Shown here: positions 1 through 24,220 of the stretch, one piece after another
Position numbering within the stretch: position 1 is the first letter of the stretch
Layout: each line of letters starts with the position of its first letter
Assembly: GCF_009914755.1 (NCBI RefSeq)
Contig: NC_060947.1
Source: the human T2T-CHM13v2.0 reference genome, Homo sapiens
Reading direction: 5' to 3' (one strand)
Length of the DNA stretch: 64,000 nt
Translations under genes and position numbers: made by a program
The notes under the pieces: generated by a model
Told to the model about the DNA's origin: nothing
The model's database searches: none
The model's input: the letters and a program-made list of their open reading frames with translations, nothing else

Positions 1-1031
1 AAGCTAGAAACTGTACCTGGAGAACTCTTAAGTCCAGAAACTCTTTCAGATCTAATATCAACTCCTGCCAAACAAAACTCCCCCAAGTGAAATCATTTAG
101 TCTCATCTATCCTCCCATAGCACTTTATTCATACTGTATAACAGCACCTATTATACTAGGTTGTTTCAATATAATCCATAGGCTCACAGGAAAAAAAAAA
201 AAAAACAACAACTAGATTGTGATCATGCACACACCTGTTTTCCCAATAGGCTGTGACCAGAAACAATATCACTGGGCAAGGACAACATTTAACAGACATT
301 ACACACTGTTAAATCTAAATAAACTGAGAACGAACTACTTTTAATTAGAATAACCATACCACTGCCATGAATTTAAAAAAGGAATGACAACTGACAATAG
401 CCTCGTTGAAAACACTTGCAATACAGCAATACAATTAAGCATCTAAACTAATACTAATCTGAAGTACATGATTTTCATAATTAAACTTCAAATAATCTAC
501 TGGGAAGTAGAACATCACTCTTATGTTTTTAATGATATGAAAATAAAAGTGTACAAATTTTTTTAAAAAAGAAATTTCTCAAAAGTTGACTCCCTATGGA
601 GATAGTTCTGGATAATTTCATTAGTTCTTCCTAACAGATTAAAAAAATTCATTATGGTAACTTTCAGCAGTGGAAATTGCTAGAACTTTTACTACCTTGC
701 ACAAATCACTAAAGGTAAGCAAAGGCCACAGCAGGCTGTCCTTAAAAAGAAAAAACAAAACCTTCATCCCATAATATGATGCACATATTAAAGAGGATTT
801 CCATTAGATTTTTATCCATATGTAAACACAACAACTATGAAAACATTAACTTGGTAGTCAAAATGAGCTAAAACCACAGTTAACAGTCATTCCATCTGTA
901 GTATATAAATCAGCTATACCATTCACAACACATAGGCTTTCCCAAAACTGAGGCTCAGACAAGCTACCTGAAAGAAAGTATATTAGATTCAGATATAATT
1001 TAGATTAATATGAAAAATAAATTAAAACTTA

Positions 1032-1232
<201 letters not shown>

Positions 1233-1235
1233 TTA

Positions 1236-1367
<132 letters not shown>

Positions 1368-1791
1368 CTAAAAGAAAGAAGGAAAAGTTATTTCAGTAAG
1401 AGGTCTATATTAATATAACCAACAATAAATTTATAACAGCCTTGGGAAAATTACCATTTCTTAATAACATAACACACAATATCCCATTCCTCACCCACCC
1501 TTTTCACAAAGCTTATTTATGTTTCTCCATCGAAGACATAAAATGGGGTGAGGAAAGGAAAGGGGTAGCAAAGGAATGAGGAACTTTTATCTCTCTTCCT
1601 TTTTCAACATCAGGGGAAAAAATGTTAATCTTAAAAGATAACTTTGCATATGCCGCCAAAAACTATAATCAGCATCTACATTATAAAACAATTACTCATA
1701 CAGATGATTAAAGCTTGTTCACAGTAAAATTTGTAATATACTGTAGCAAGACAAACATTAGACACATTATTGGATTTTTCTAGTCTCTTAC

Positions 1792-1833
1792 CGTTTTTTC
1801 TTTATCTTCTTGTTTGCTTCCATCAGACTGAAA
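1792..1833 (-). CDS. THOC2: THOC2 coding exon (probable exon 13, 42 nt)
   Basis: tag|TTTCAGTCTGAT...GAAAAAACG|gtaaga; FQSDGSKQEDKEKT, phase 0/0. Confidence 0.93.
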
Positions 1834-2100
1834 CTACAATTTAAAAAAAGAAATTAATAAAATACAAAAAGGTTAAGATTATGATGTCACAATTAATTTC
1901 TAATTTGAAAAAACTTTAACTTGCACATGGTTGTAAATTGTTCTTACTTTTTACAAATATGTAGATTTTAAATATAGCCTGTTAACCTTTTTAAATTTTA
2001 TCTGTTTCTAACCTCTAAGTCATACTTGACATCCATGAATTTTAAGTGTCAATTTTTATAAACCAATTCTTTTCTCAACCTATCAAACCAAAGCATCCTA

Positions 2101-2491
<391 letters not shown>

Positions 2492-3903
2492 CTATGGAAT
2501 TAGTATAATCAAACACTAAAGCAACAAAAATGCAAAAACAAAGCCAAAATTAAACGCAAAGAAATTTAAATCTATCTTTTAATTCACCACTCCCAAAGTC
2601 CTCACTGAAAGATAAGCCCAAAATACCAGTAACATTACTAACAAAGACAAAACCATTGCTTAAATTGTACAGACTGAATGAAAAATCCTGGGTCCGTATT
2701 ATATAAACAATTTGCAGATTTACAGATGAGCCCCTAAAGTGATGTTTGACAAGGATGTCTATTAATTCAAAATGAAACAGTGAATGATACTTGTGTGAAT
2801 ATAAACAGACAGAGGGCTGGCGGAGTCTGTAGAGGCCAAAAAGACAACTGAAGTACTGACAACCAGTGACAATCTAGATTTCTGGCAAGGATTTAGCTCA
2901 ATATCAAGTGAGAAAGAGGGAAAAGCTAATATGCAGATAACAAGCTTCTTATTTTCTTGGTAGATAAGGGTGTTTTGTGTATGCATACGCTTTCACACTT
3001 CAGTAATATAATGGATATTACCACAGGAAAAGTCTAACTGTTATGCTACATTTTCACATAACACTAATTCAGGGCCTGCCATGTTACCTTTATGGGAAAA
3101 TACATACACTCAATTTGTTTTTAATTGGCAGGTTAAAAAGGTATGGTTCCTTTCACAGAAATAATTTATTAAGTCAACATATATCCTGGTAAGCAAAGAA
3201 GGAACTGGGTTATAAAGGAGTGGCCTGGCAGAAAAAAGCCAGATGGTTTGGTTTGGTTTCGGGGTGGTAAGGTAGCACACACATAATTCTGGTGGCACAT
3301 AGGGTGTACATTGGGAAGCAAAAATACAGGTATCCTGTAACTGGAAAAACTAGGTTTATGGTATATTATGTCGGGGAAAAAGACAGTTAAGCTCCTCCTT
3401 TCCTGGTATACTATAATTTAAACAAACCTAATAAAGCGACACACAGTTTTTTTCCCATAGAAATAAAACATTTTCTTATTTACTAAGTTGTCCTAACTCC
3501 CTTTCTAGGTGACTCATATGAGTTTCAAGCATCTATTCTCTAGGTTTCATATCAATTTCAAACATCAATTCTCTAGATTTCATTAAGCAGGAAAATTTGA
3601 AAAGGGGAAAGAAATATAGGAAGCAAAATAAAACCATCTAGAAGAGCAGTAAAAGACCTTCCTATCAAAGTCGAATTATAGCAAGAATGTACAAAATTAA
3701 ATCAAGAAGTACATGCAAATAAAAGCAATTTTCTTTTGTTTGGTAGGAAAATATATTCTACTCCCTTGATACTTTTTCTTTTAGTTTAATTTGCTTTTTA
3801 ATTCAAAGCAACTGTAAGACTCTCACATAATACTATAAGTTTTACTGAATGCCAGCTAGAAATGGGAGGGAGACAGAAACAGGGAGGGAGAACAAGAGAC
3901 ATG

Positions 3904-3928
3904 CATTCATTCATTCATTCATTCATTC
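3904..3928. repeat. (CATT)n microsatellite
   Basis: about six CATT units. Confidence 0.9.
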
Positions 3929-4011
3929 AATGACTAGATTCCAGGCATTGGGAATTCAAATATGAACAGGACAGAGTACAGGCACCTCTTGAAGATCAAA
4001 AACTGTACTTG

Positions 4012-4321
<310 letters not shown>

Positions 4322-5799
4322 GATTTTGAAAATGGAAAATAAAACTTGCAGATCTAAGAAGATCAAATGGGAAGTTAAAAAAAGCTATATGGATTGTTGA
4401 GACCTGGCAAATTGTTTAAATGTAATCAGCCTAACTTCTATGAACTCTCAGAAATCACGGGTTCGGTGGCTGGCAAGAAAGCCAAATAGGAACAGCTCCG
4501 GTCTGCAGCTCCCAACAAGATCAACGAAGAAGGTGAATGATTTCTGCATTTCCAACTGAGGTACCCGGCTCATCTCAGTGGGACTGGTTAAACAGTGGGT
4601 GCAGCCCACAGAGGGCGAGCCAAAGCAGGGTGGGGCATTGCCTCACCCGGGAAGTGCAAGGGGTCGGGGAACTCTCTCCCCTAGCCAAGGGAAGCCGTGA
4701 AGGACTGTGCAGTGAGGAACAGTGCATTCTGGCCCAGATACTAAGCTTTTCCCACAGTCTTCACAACCCACAGACCAGGAGACTTCCTCTGTGCCTACAC
4801 TACCAGGGTCCTGGGTTTCAAGCACAAAACTGGGTGGCCGTTTGGGCAGACACTGAGCTAGCTGCTGCTGCTGGAGTTTTCTTTCAAACCCCAGTAGCGC
4901 CTGGAACACCAGGCGAGACAGAACCATCCACTCCCCTGGAAAGGGGGCTGAAGCCACAGAGCCAAGTGGTCTAGCTCAGCAGATCCCACCCCCACGGAGC
5001 CCGGCAAGCTAAGATGCACCGGCTTGACATTCTCGCTGCCAGCACAGCAGTCTGAAGTCGACCTGGGACGCTGGAGCTCAGCGGGAGGAGGGGCGTGTGC
5101 AATTACTGAGGCTTGAGTAGGCGGGTTTTCCCCTCACAGTGTAAACAAAGCTGCTGGGAAGTTCAAAGTGAGCAGAGCCCACTGCAGCGTCACAAAGCTG
5201 GTGTAGCCTGACTGCCTCTCTAAATTCCTCCTCTCTGGGCAGGGCATCTCTGAAAGAAAGGCAGCAGCCCCAGTCAGGGGCTTATAAATAAAACTCCCAA
5301 CACCCTAGGACAGAGCACCTTGGGGAAGAGGCGGCTGTGGGCACAGCTTCAGCAGACTTAAACGTTCCTGCCTGCCAGCTCTGAAGAGGGCAGCGGATCT
5401 CTCAGCACAGTGCTCAAGCTCTGCTAAGGGACAGACTGCTTCCTCAAGTGGGTCCCTGATCCCTGTGCCTCCTGACTGAGAGACACTTCCCAGCAGGGGT
5501 CGACAGACACATCATACAGGAGAGCTCTGGCTGGCATCTGGCGGGTGCCCCTCTAGGAGGAAGCTTCCCGAAGAAGGAAAAGACAACAATCTTTGCAGTT
5601 CTGCAGCCTCTGCTGGAGCTACCCAGGCAAACAGGGTCTGGAGTGGACCTCCAGCAAACTCCAGCAGACCTGCAGCAGAGGGGCCTGACTATTAGAAGGA
5701 AAACAAACAGAAAGGAATAGAGTCAACACCAACAAATAGGATGTCCACACAAAAACCCCATCTGAACGACAAAGACCAAAGGTAGATAAATCCATGAAG

Positions 5800-6825
5800 A
5801 TGAGAAAAAAACAGCACAAAAAGGCTGAAAATTCCAAAAACCAGAATGCCTCCCCTCCTCCAAAGGATCACAACTCCTCAACAACAAGGGAACAAAACTG
5901 GACAAAGAATGAGTTTGAGGAATTGACAGAAGTAGGCTTCAGAAGGTGGGTAATAAGAAATTCCTCCAAGCTAAAGGAGCATGTTCTAACCAAATGCAAG
6001 GAAGCTAAGAACCTTGAAAAAAGGTTAGAGAATTGCTAACTAGAATAACCAGTTAAGAGAAGAACATAAATGACCTGATGGAGCTGAAAAATACAGCATG
6101 AGAACTTCCTGAAGCATACACAAGTATCAATAGCCGAATCGACCAAGCAGAAGAAAGGATATCAGAGACTGAAGATCAATTTAATGAAACAAAATGTGAA
6201 GACAAGATTAGAGAAAAAAGAATGTAAAGGAACAAACAAAGCTTCCAAGAAATATGGGACTATGTGAAAAGACCAAACCTACGTTTGATTGGTGTACCTG
6301 AAAGTGACGAAGAGAATGGAACCAAGTTGGAAAACACTCTTCAGGGTATTATCCAGGAAAACTTCTCCAATCTAGCAAGACAGGCCAACATTCAAAATTC
6401 AGGAAATACAGAGACCACCACAAAGATACTCCTCGAGAAGAGCAACCCCAAGACACATAATCGTCAGATTCACCAAGGTTGAAACGAAGAAAAAAATGTT
6501 AAGGGCAGCCAGAGAGAAAGGTCGGGTTACCCACAAAGGGAAGCCCATCAGACTAACAGCGGATCTCTCAGCAGAAACCTTACAAGCCAGAAGAGATTGG
6601 GGGCTAAAAATAAACATTCTTAAAGAAAAGAATTTTCAACCCCGAATTTCATATCCAGCCAAACTAAGCTTTATAAGAGAAGGAGAAATAAAATCCTTTA
6701 CAGTCAAGCAAATGCTGAGAGATTATGTCACTACCAGGCCTGCCTTACATGAGCTCCTGAAGGAAGCACTAAATATGGAAAGGAAAGACTGAAACCAGCT
6801 ACTGCAAAAACCTACCAAATTGTAA
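5800..6825 (+). pseudogene. L1 ORF1p remnant (frameshifts and stops)
   Basis: ORF-track fragments ...NASPPPKDHNSS, KRPNLRLIGVPE, MLRAAREKGRVTHKGKPIRLTADLSAETLQARR. Confidence 0.93.
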
Positions 6826-6888
6826 AGACCATCGACACTATGAAGAAACTGCATCGACTAACAAGCAAGATAACCAGCTAGCATCATA

Positions 6889-10659
<3,771 letters not shown>

Positions 10660-10933
10660 ACAATTAGAACACAAGGACACAGGGAGGGGAACATCACACA
10701 CAGGGGTCTGTAGCAGGGTAGGGGGTTAGGGGAGGGATAGCATTAGGAGAAATACCTAATGTAGATGATGGGTTGATGGGTGCAGCAAACCACCATGGCA
10801 CGTGTATATCTATGTAACAAACATGCACGTTCTGCACATGTATCCCAGAACTTAAAGTATAATAATAATAATAAATATATATATATATACACACACACTT
10901 GCCTGTGAGCAACTGAATTTTTAAGTTTGAATA

Positions 10934-11217
10934 GGCAGAGTGCAGTGGCTCACGCCTGTAATCCCAACACTTTGGGAGGCTGAGACCACGGATCACGAGG
11001 TCAGGAGCTCAAGACCAGCCTGACCAACATGGTGAAACCCCTTCTCTACTAAAAAAAAATGCAAAGATTAGCTGGGCATGGTGGGCGCGCACCTGTAATC
11101 CCAGCTACTCAGGAGGCTGAGGCAGGAGAATCGCGTGAACCTAGGAGGCAGAGGTTATGGTGAGGTGAGATTGCGCCACTGCATTCCAGCCTGGGTGACA
11201 GAGCTAGACTCCGTCTC

Positions 11218-11244
<27 letters not shown>
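10934..11244 (+). mobile_element. Alu with TSD AAGTTTGAATA
   Basis: Alu dimer plus poly(A); AAGTTTGAATA on both flanks. Confidence 0.95.
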
Positions 11245-11248
<4 letters not shown>

Positions 11249-12374
11249 GAATAAAACTAGCCACAATTATGCCTATATAGGCTATTAGCTGAATGGCCCA
11301 AAACAAGTTCCAAAATTGCCCTATAAAGACACAGTAGCTGATCGGGCTGCATAACAGTACAGGACACACAAAAAATATATAGGTTTATAGGTTTATTAGG
11401 AGGAGGGTTTTTGGGGAGTCATGGAATAAATGGAAAAGTTGTAGATATAACTAGATAATTTTTTATTACTAATGATCTATTTTTCGTATCCCTGCCCCTT
11501 GAACATTTCAAACACTACTCAGGATTATGTCTCAGAAGAGAGAGGAAAAAAACACAAGATTTTTGAAAAGACTGGAACCTGAAACTGTGTGAATTAAAAC
11601 ACTATTTTCAACTTCCTCCTTCTTCTCATTCTTACTACAATTTATTTAGTACTCACTATGTGCCACGTACAGACTAAAACCTTCGCATTTATTTCTTAAA
11701 ACTACTCTATGAAGAATCTTGGGCTTTAAGCTACATAACCAAGACAGATTTTCAATTTTGAAAACAAATAAGTGGAATGAAGCAGAATCAGACTCCCCCT
11801 CCTGTAATAGCTGACAAAAAAACAAAAAGTAGTAAACATCAGCCTCAAAGTTCTAAAGCATTTGGTTTATAAACTACAGTTTTGGAACTACTGGTCTAAG
11901 GCACATTCTCCTTGCAATCCAAATTTTTATTATGAAAAATTTCAAATTACATAAAAACTGAAAGGATAGTATACTAAACAGCTATATATACCTACCTGCT
12001 AAATTCAACAATTAACATTTTGCCCTTTTTTCGGCAGACCAAAAAAATTTGCAGGCATGACACGTTTCTCAAAATAATTCAGGGTGTCTCCTAAGAACAA
12101 GGACATGCCGCCATATTAACACAAGATCACTATCTCACCTATTTCCTAATGTCATCTAATACCCAGTCTGGGGTATATTCTGCCTGCCTAATTTCAGGTT
12201 TTACTAAGCTTTATTTGTAAATCAATTTAGAGCACTTTGGCTTTTACCAAGCGCCAACGTATGAAATAGCCACATATACAGTCTTTCTAGACAAATTAAT
12301 TACCATGGCAGAGTAAAACATAAACACAGAATCTCTCTCCCCCATTCCTAACACAATAAATAAAATATATTTTA

Positions 12375-13478
<1,104 letters not shown>

Positions 13479-13479
13479 G

Positions 13480-14417
13480 GGCAGGGGCAATATAAGCAGA
13501 GATATGGAAATTTTAAGAAAAAATAAAAAAAGAAATCCTACAGATAAAAAACACTGTAACAGAATGAAGAATGCCTTTGATGGCTTATTGGGAGATAACG
13601 CGGCTGAGGAAAAAATTCTGAGCTTGAGGATATCTCCATAGAAGCCTGCAAAACTGAAAAGCAAAGAGAAAAAAGTCTGATAAAAGGCAGAACAGAATAT
13701 CCAAGAACTGTAGGACTAAAAAACTGTAACATATGCATAATGGAAATAGCAGAAGGAAGGAAGGAAGAGAAGAAATATTTGAAGCAATGATGACAGAATT
13801 TCCCCAAACTAGTATCAGGCACCAAACCACAGATGCGGGAAACTCAGAAAACACCAAGCAAGACAGATGCAAAAAGTAAATAAATAAATAAATAAATAAA
13901 CAAATAAATAAAACAAACAAAAAAACTACACTTGGGCATATCATGTTATAACTACAGAAAATCAAAGAAAAAGAAAAAATCCTAAAAGATGCTGGGTGTG
14001 GGGGAGAACACCTTGCTTATGGAGAAGCAAGGATAAGAATTTAAAACATTTCTCCTTAGAAACTATGCAAGCAGAGTGGAGTGAAAGATTTAAAGTGTTA
14101 AGATAAAAAAAAAAACTAGAATTCTGGACCCTGTGAAATTATACTTTAAATGTAAAGGAGAAATAAAGACTTTCTCAGACAAAAACTGAGGGAATTTGTT
14201 GCCAGTAGACCTGCCTTGCAAGAAATACTAAGTAAGTTCTTTAGAGAGAAAGAATATAGGTCAGAAACTTGGATATATATAAACAAACAAAAAAAGAAAC
14301 ACTGAAGTAAGATTAAGTGAAGGTAAAATGTTTATTTTTCTTATGCTTAACTAATATAACAAAAATAAGTTTGTTCAAAATAATAATAGCAACAATGTAT
14401 TTGATTACATACGCATA

Positions 14418-14463
<46 letters not shown>

Positions 14464-15445
14464 AGCAAATGAATGACTTCAGTGATGCAAGGGTCAGGAG
14501 GAAAGAATTAGGATTATGCTGTTATTGTAAGGTACTCACACTACCCATGAAGCAAAATAGTGTGTTTGAAAGTGGACTTGGATCAATTGTAAATGTACAT
14601 TGCAAACTGTGGGGTAATCACTAAAAAACTTAACCAAAAATGGGCCAGAAAGGGCAGGAAAAGAGTGGAAGACAAAAACAAGAACAAAAAACAGGGGCAA
14701 AAACTAAAAAAGAATAAGAAAAATGGTAGATATTAATATTAATCCAAATATATCAATTACTTTGAACACTGATCATCTAAATGCACCAATTAAAATACAA
14801 AGACTGTCAGAGTAGATCAAAAACCTAGGTCCACACAAAAACTTGTACAAAGGTGCTTACAGCAGCTTTATTCTTGATTGCCAAAACTTGGAAGCAACCA
14901 ACATGTCCTTCAGTAGGTGAATGGATAAACTGTGATACATGCAGACAATGAAATATTATTCAGTGCTAAAAAGAAATGAGCTATCAAGCCATGAAAAGAC
15001 ACAGAGGAAACCTAAATGTGTATAATTTTACTAAGTGAAAGAAAACAATCTGAAAAGGCTACATACTATCTGATTCCAACTATATGCCTTTCTGGAAAAG
15101 GCAAAACCACGCAGACAATGAAAAGCTCAGTGGTTGCCAGGGGTTGTGAGGAGAGAGGGATAAATGAGCAGAGCACAGAGGATTTTTTAGGGCAGTGATA
15201 ATATTCTATACATTTGATGAGATCCCTAGTATGTACAACACAAAGCAAATCCTGATGTAAACTATGGACTTTGGGTGATGTGTCAATGTGGATTCATCCC
15301 TGTAACAAATGTACCACTCTGGTGGGAGATGTTGATTACAAGGGAGGCTGTGCACATATGGGAACAGGGGCTATATAGCAAATCTTTGTGCCTTCCTCTG
15401 GATTTTGCTGTGAACCTAAAACTGCTCTAAAAAATAAAGTCTAAA
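13480..15445 (+). mobile_element. Old L1M fragments (ORF1-like and 3' end)
   Basis: AAGGAGAAATAAAGACTTTCTCAGAC..., CCAAAACTTGGAAGCAACC, TGTAACAAATGTACCACTCTGGTGGGAGATGTTG resemble L1M consensus segments. Confidence 0.75.
14421..14460. repeat. (GT)20 microsatellite
   Basis: perfect GT dinucleotide run. Confidence 0.97.
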
Positions 15446-15599
15446 AAATATATAGGTGCTATCAAAAACATTTGAGTATGTCAGGTGAGCATGTTAGTGC
15501 TCTATAATTAAAGAAAATGTTATTATAGCAAAATGTGTCCTTTTACATGAAACAATTCTAGAACCACTACACTCCTCCACTGCTTAAGCCTAGAACAAG

Positions 15600-16092
<493 letters not shown>

Positions 16093-17169
16093 TACTAGGA
16101 GTTAGTCCTATATACTACATACCTCAAATTTAAGAAACATATATACACATAATCAGAGAAATAAATTACAAATAACTATAGGGCTGGAAGATAATTCTGT
16201 TAAGTGATATCTGGTACAAGTATATAAGCCTCTTTTTAAAAATATACATAATTTGTATATAAAAGCAACCCTAAGCTTATAAATGAGATTTGTTAAAGAA
16301 GTGTAATTGTAAATACATTATTTGGAACTAAGGTCATATTCACCCTTTAGAAGCAATCTTAAAAATCCTGCTTGAATTCCAAGCTAGACAACAAAAGCCA
16401 TTTAAACACAGAACAAATGATTTGTCACAGCAAAATCTTTTATGGGTAAAAATAGATCAAAATTCTAACTCAGATAACTGTAAGGATTCACTTTTCCATC
16501 ACAAACCTAGTAATGAGAAAACGCAGATTTCTTCTTACACTGGTCTCTATGGTCAAAACTAACATTTTTCTCTTCCCTTCTGCCCTTCATCTCTGCAAGA
16601 ATAGACTGGAGTTAACGCAGGAACCTGGCACAACTAGGGCAGAACGGGTGTACAGGATGAATGCAATGGAGAAGGCAAGAGGGGAAGTGTGACAGCTCTA
16701 CCAAGTGTGTATCTTGGTAATAATATTGTATATGGTTATGTACAGGACTTCCATGAGTTGAAGGTTTGGTCTCCTGCTCACAAGTTTGATATTTATAACC
16801 AAAGAATTTCAGAACAAGAGATCTGAACATTAAGATTTTCAAGTTAAAAGAGCAGCATTAGGTAGGTGAAAGTATGAGGAGAAACAGTCTGTTTATATAG
16901 TCTCAAAGTGTTATATCTTCCCACAAGACATATATTAATAACAAAGGGAAAAATAGTAACTGTATAGTGGAGAAACCTGGCAGAGATCATCTTAACCAAA
17001 TGATAAAGTTAACATCACCAGCAATGGAACAAAGTGACTTCACATGCACCTGATATGATGCACTGGAAAAAAATACAGCCCTTTTGTTTCTTGAGCAGGC
17101 ACTAGCTAACATGAATCATCCTTTTCAGACAATAAAAATCAAGAGTGAAACATTATTATACTTCCTTTC

Positions 17170-18130
<961 letters not shown>

Positions 18131-18249
18131 ATACTTCCATTTCATATGAATATTATATAATAAACAATATATATAGTAATAATTAACTACTTAACAGATT
18201 TCTTTAGAGTACCTTTACATAATGTAAATTTGTGAGCATTAAAAACAAC

Positions 18250-18465
18250 CTACCTAGGCAACATAGGGAGACTCTGTCTCTACAAATATTTAAAAAATTA
18301 GCCAGGCATGGCGCATGCACCTGTGGTCCCAGCTACTTGGGCTGCTGAGGCGGGAAGATCCCTTCAGCCTGAGAGATCAAGGCTGCAGTGAGCCATGGTG
18401 GTGCCACTTACACTCCAGCCTTCATGACAGAGTGCAATCCTACCTCAAAAACAAACAAAAAAAAT
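18250..18465 (+). mobile_element. AluJ-like partial
   Basis: diverged 5'-truncated Alu. Confidence 0.85.
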
Positions 18466-18689
18466 CTACCAGCTAAGTATAAAAAGCCAAGTCAAATATT
18501 TCAGATGTCAAGAAATTAATACACAATAGCCGTTAGTATTTCTATACAGTTGCTGTTGTCTAAAATTCAAATTAGATATAATCACCAAACACTGAAGACA
18601 CCCTGCATTTGTCCTTTTTAACAATGTCTAGATGGTTTTTTTAGTTGTCATGATTCACAACTTTAAAGAAACTATGTATAATTCTTTTC

Positions 18690-19990
<1,301 letters not shown>

Positions 19991-20076
19991 AAAAAAAAAA
20001 GCATAAATGGTTATGGTTAGGATAGTAACTAGAATGCAGCATGAGAAAGACTCTAGGTTGCAGGTACTATTCTGTT

Positions 20077-21217
<1,141 letters not shown>

Positions 21218-21549
21218 TTTGAGTTGGGTAGTGGACATATGGGTGCTTAGTTTAGGGAAAGTCACTGAGCTGTATTTTTCCGTATGTATGTTTTATTTCA
21301 ATAAAAATCTTAGTAAAAGAATAAATAAATAAAAGAATGGGTCCTTAACAGTCTGAGGCTGAAAAGACTTCTTACACATAGCAGCAATGATTGAAAACTA
21401 CACTCAAGAAAATGACTAGAAGGAAAAGAATGCTAAGTAACCACTAATCATAAGGGAATTAAAAAAGCAGCCACTTGTCTGAAGTATATTTTCCCATGTG
21501 AGGGACTTGACTAATAATCTCGCTAGATTTGGGTTTATATTAATATATA

Positions 21550-21933
21550 CAGTTATGCACCATTTAACAATGTTTCGGTTGATGGACCACATATATGACC
21601 AGGGTCATATAACATTATATTAGAGCTAAAAAATTCCTATTGCCTAGTGATATCATGGCTGTCCTAACATCTTAGTGCAAGGTATTACCTTTTAAATGTT
21701 TAGATATGTTCAGATACACAAATATTTAACAGTGTATTACAACTCCCCACAGTATTCAGTACGGGAACATTCTGTACAGGTTTGTAGCCTAGGAGTAACG
21801 GGCCATACCATATAGTCTAGGTATGTAGTAGGTCATACCATCTAGGCTTGTATAAGTACACTCTCTGATGTTTGCACAATGACGAATCACCTAATGATGC
21901 ATTTCTCACCTGTCATTAAGCAACACTTGACTG
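21550..21933. mobile_element. Tigger3a (MER7-type) DNA transposon
   Basis: TIR-like CAGTTATGCACCATTTAAC...TTAAGCAACACTTGACTG; internal GTTTGTAGCCTAGGAG. Confidence 0.85.
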
Positions 21934-22044
21934 CATATGGTTAGGACACACTGGAATTTTCCACAAACCTCACTCAACATAACCCTTTATTAAATGAGGT
22001 TCATATTTTTATTTCTAAAGATACTCATAACACAAGTATACTCA

Positions 22045-22293
<249 letters not shown>

Positions 22294-23528
22294 TTAAAAA
22301 GTAAAATAAATAAATAAACAAATAAATAAGTATATAATAAATATAACTATATACACACACACTACAATATCTACCATTTTAACAAAGTTATCTTAATCAG
22401 TGAAATTTTTTCTTGCTCATATTTGCTTTCTACATTTCAATTGTGCCTAACTTTATTACACCAGATAATTCTCAACTGGTAGAAACACATAAAAACAACA
22501 GTCATTAGAAAAAAAAAATCAGAGCTCAGAGGAGAATGTTCCAAATTAACTGCTTAATCAGAGAAGTGTGGATTTCAAGGAACATTTAACACACACCATC
22601 TGAATCTGTTTTTAAACTTGGCCGGTATCGGGAACTTGGATATGGGAATGGGCAACAAGGGATGGACCTAAGATGCACTGGAAGATGAAACAGAAAAATA
22701 TGGATATAACAACACTGATTCAAGTCAACTGACATTTCTCAATCTGGATTCCACAACCTAGGGTATGTAGAATGTGGTCGTAGGGAAAGTGAGCCATGTA
22801 ATAAAAGAAGGTCACTTTAGGACACCATACCCAGAGTTCTCACCTGCTCAGCAGGTGCCCCACTGTGGAGTCACAGGGGTCACTCTCTAAGAAGCCTGCA
22901 TGGTCCACGGCCCATGAAGTGACACTGACGGCAGCAACCAGCAGCTACACAAAAGTCACAAGGCTGAGGCTTTTGAGGCAGGCTCTGATCTATGGGGCTG
23001 TAGCCACAGCTGCTATCAATACTGCTCCTAAGTATCCTGCAAGTAGGCAGAAAGCTAAAGGACTAGATGACATAGTAACTGGGGATGATAAGAGAGGCTA
23101 AACTACTAATTTCCAGAACAGCAGCCTATATGCCAGGAAAGGTAAGGGAATCAGAGAGGCAATGTCCTCACTCAGAGCCACTCAGCCAGGATGGAGAAAA
23201 ATTACACTAAGAAAAAACCTCAGGAATTCTTTGCCCCTCCCACCCACTGAAAGGAGGGAAAGTCAAAACCAGAAGAATGGAGTTTCAACTCTCAATGGAA
23301 CAAACCCAACCTAGAAGTCTAACTTGTAGTTTTCAGACTACACTGCAGCACACATTCTAGAACCCCTGGTCTAGACGTTAGAAGACAAGTCACTGATTAA
23401 TATATATCAGACTGATACACTCTGTGAATAGTTCTTATCTTTTGATAAAAGGTACTAAAATATATGCTTGGTTTGAGGAGATAAGATAAATATACATTTT
23501 GTTGTAGTCCTAAGCTATTTCTACCTCA

Positions 23529-23729
<201 letters not shown>

Positions 23730-23907
23730 CTAAAAATGAATAGTCAAAACTAAGATACTCAGGATACAGACATCAAGAAATCTTAATACTTTGTCACTTA
23801 AAAAACTGACCTAAGCAACACATCAAAAATATTTGCTATTCATGGGAAATTAAACAATATATTCCTGCAAGTACAATCAAAATTTTTAGCTATTGAAAAA
23901 ACATCAG

Positions 23908-24220
23908 GGCCAGGCGCAGCGGCTCACACCTATAGTCCAGGAACATGGGAGGCTGAGGTAGGCAGATCACTTGAGCTCAGAAGTTTGAGACAAGCCTGGG
24001 CAACATGGCGAAATCCCATCTCTACAAAAAATACAAAAATTAGCCAAGTGTGGTGGCGCATGCCTGTAGTCCCAGCTACTCAGGAGGCTAAGGCTGGAGA
24101 ATTACTTGAGCCCAGGAGGTAGAAGGCTGCAATGAGCTGTAATCATGCCACTGCACTCCAGCCCGGGTGAAAGAGTGAGACCCTGTCTCAAAAATAATAA
24201 TAAATTTATTAAAAAAAAAA
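23908..24220 (+). mobile_element. AluJ-like
   Basis: TTGAGCTCAG and TTGAGCCCAGGAGG diagnostics; dimer plus tail. Confidence 0.92.

Noticed and set aside
960-985. ctttctttcag|gtagct AG/GT juxtaposition shortly after exon 15
   Set aside because: Only about 65 nt from the exon-15 donor and the reconstituted donor is weak; no partner site that I can support.
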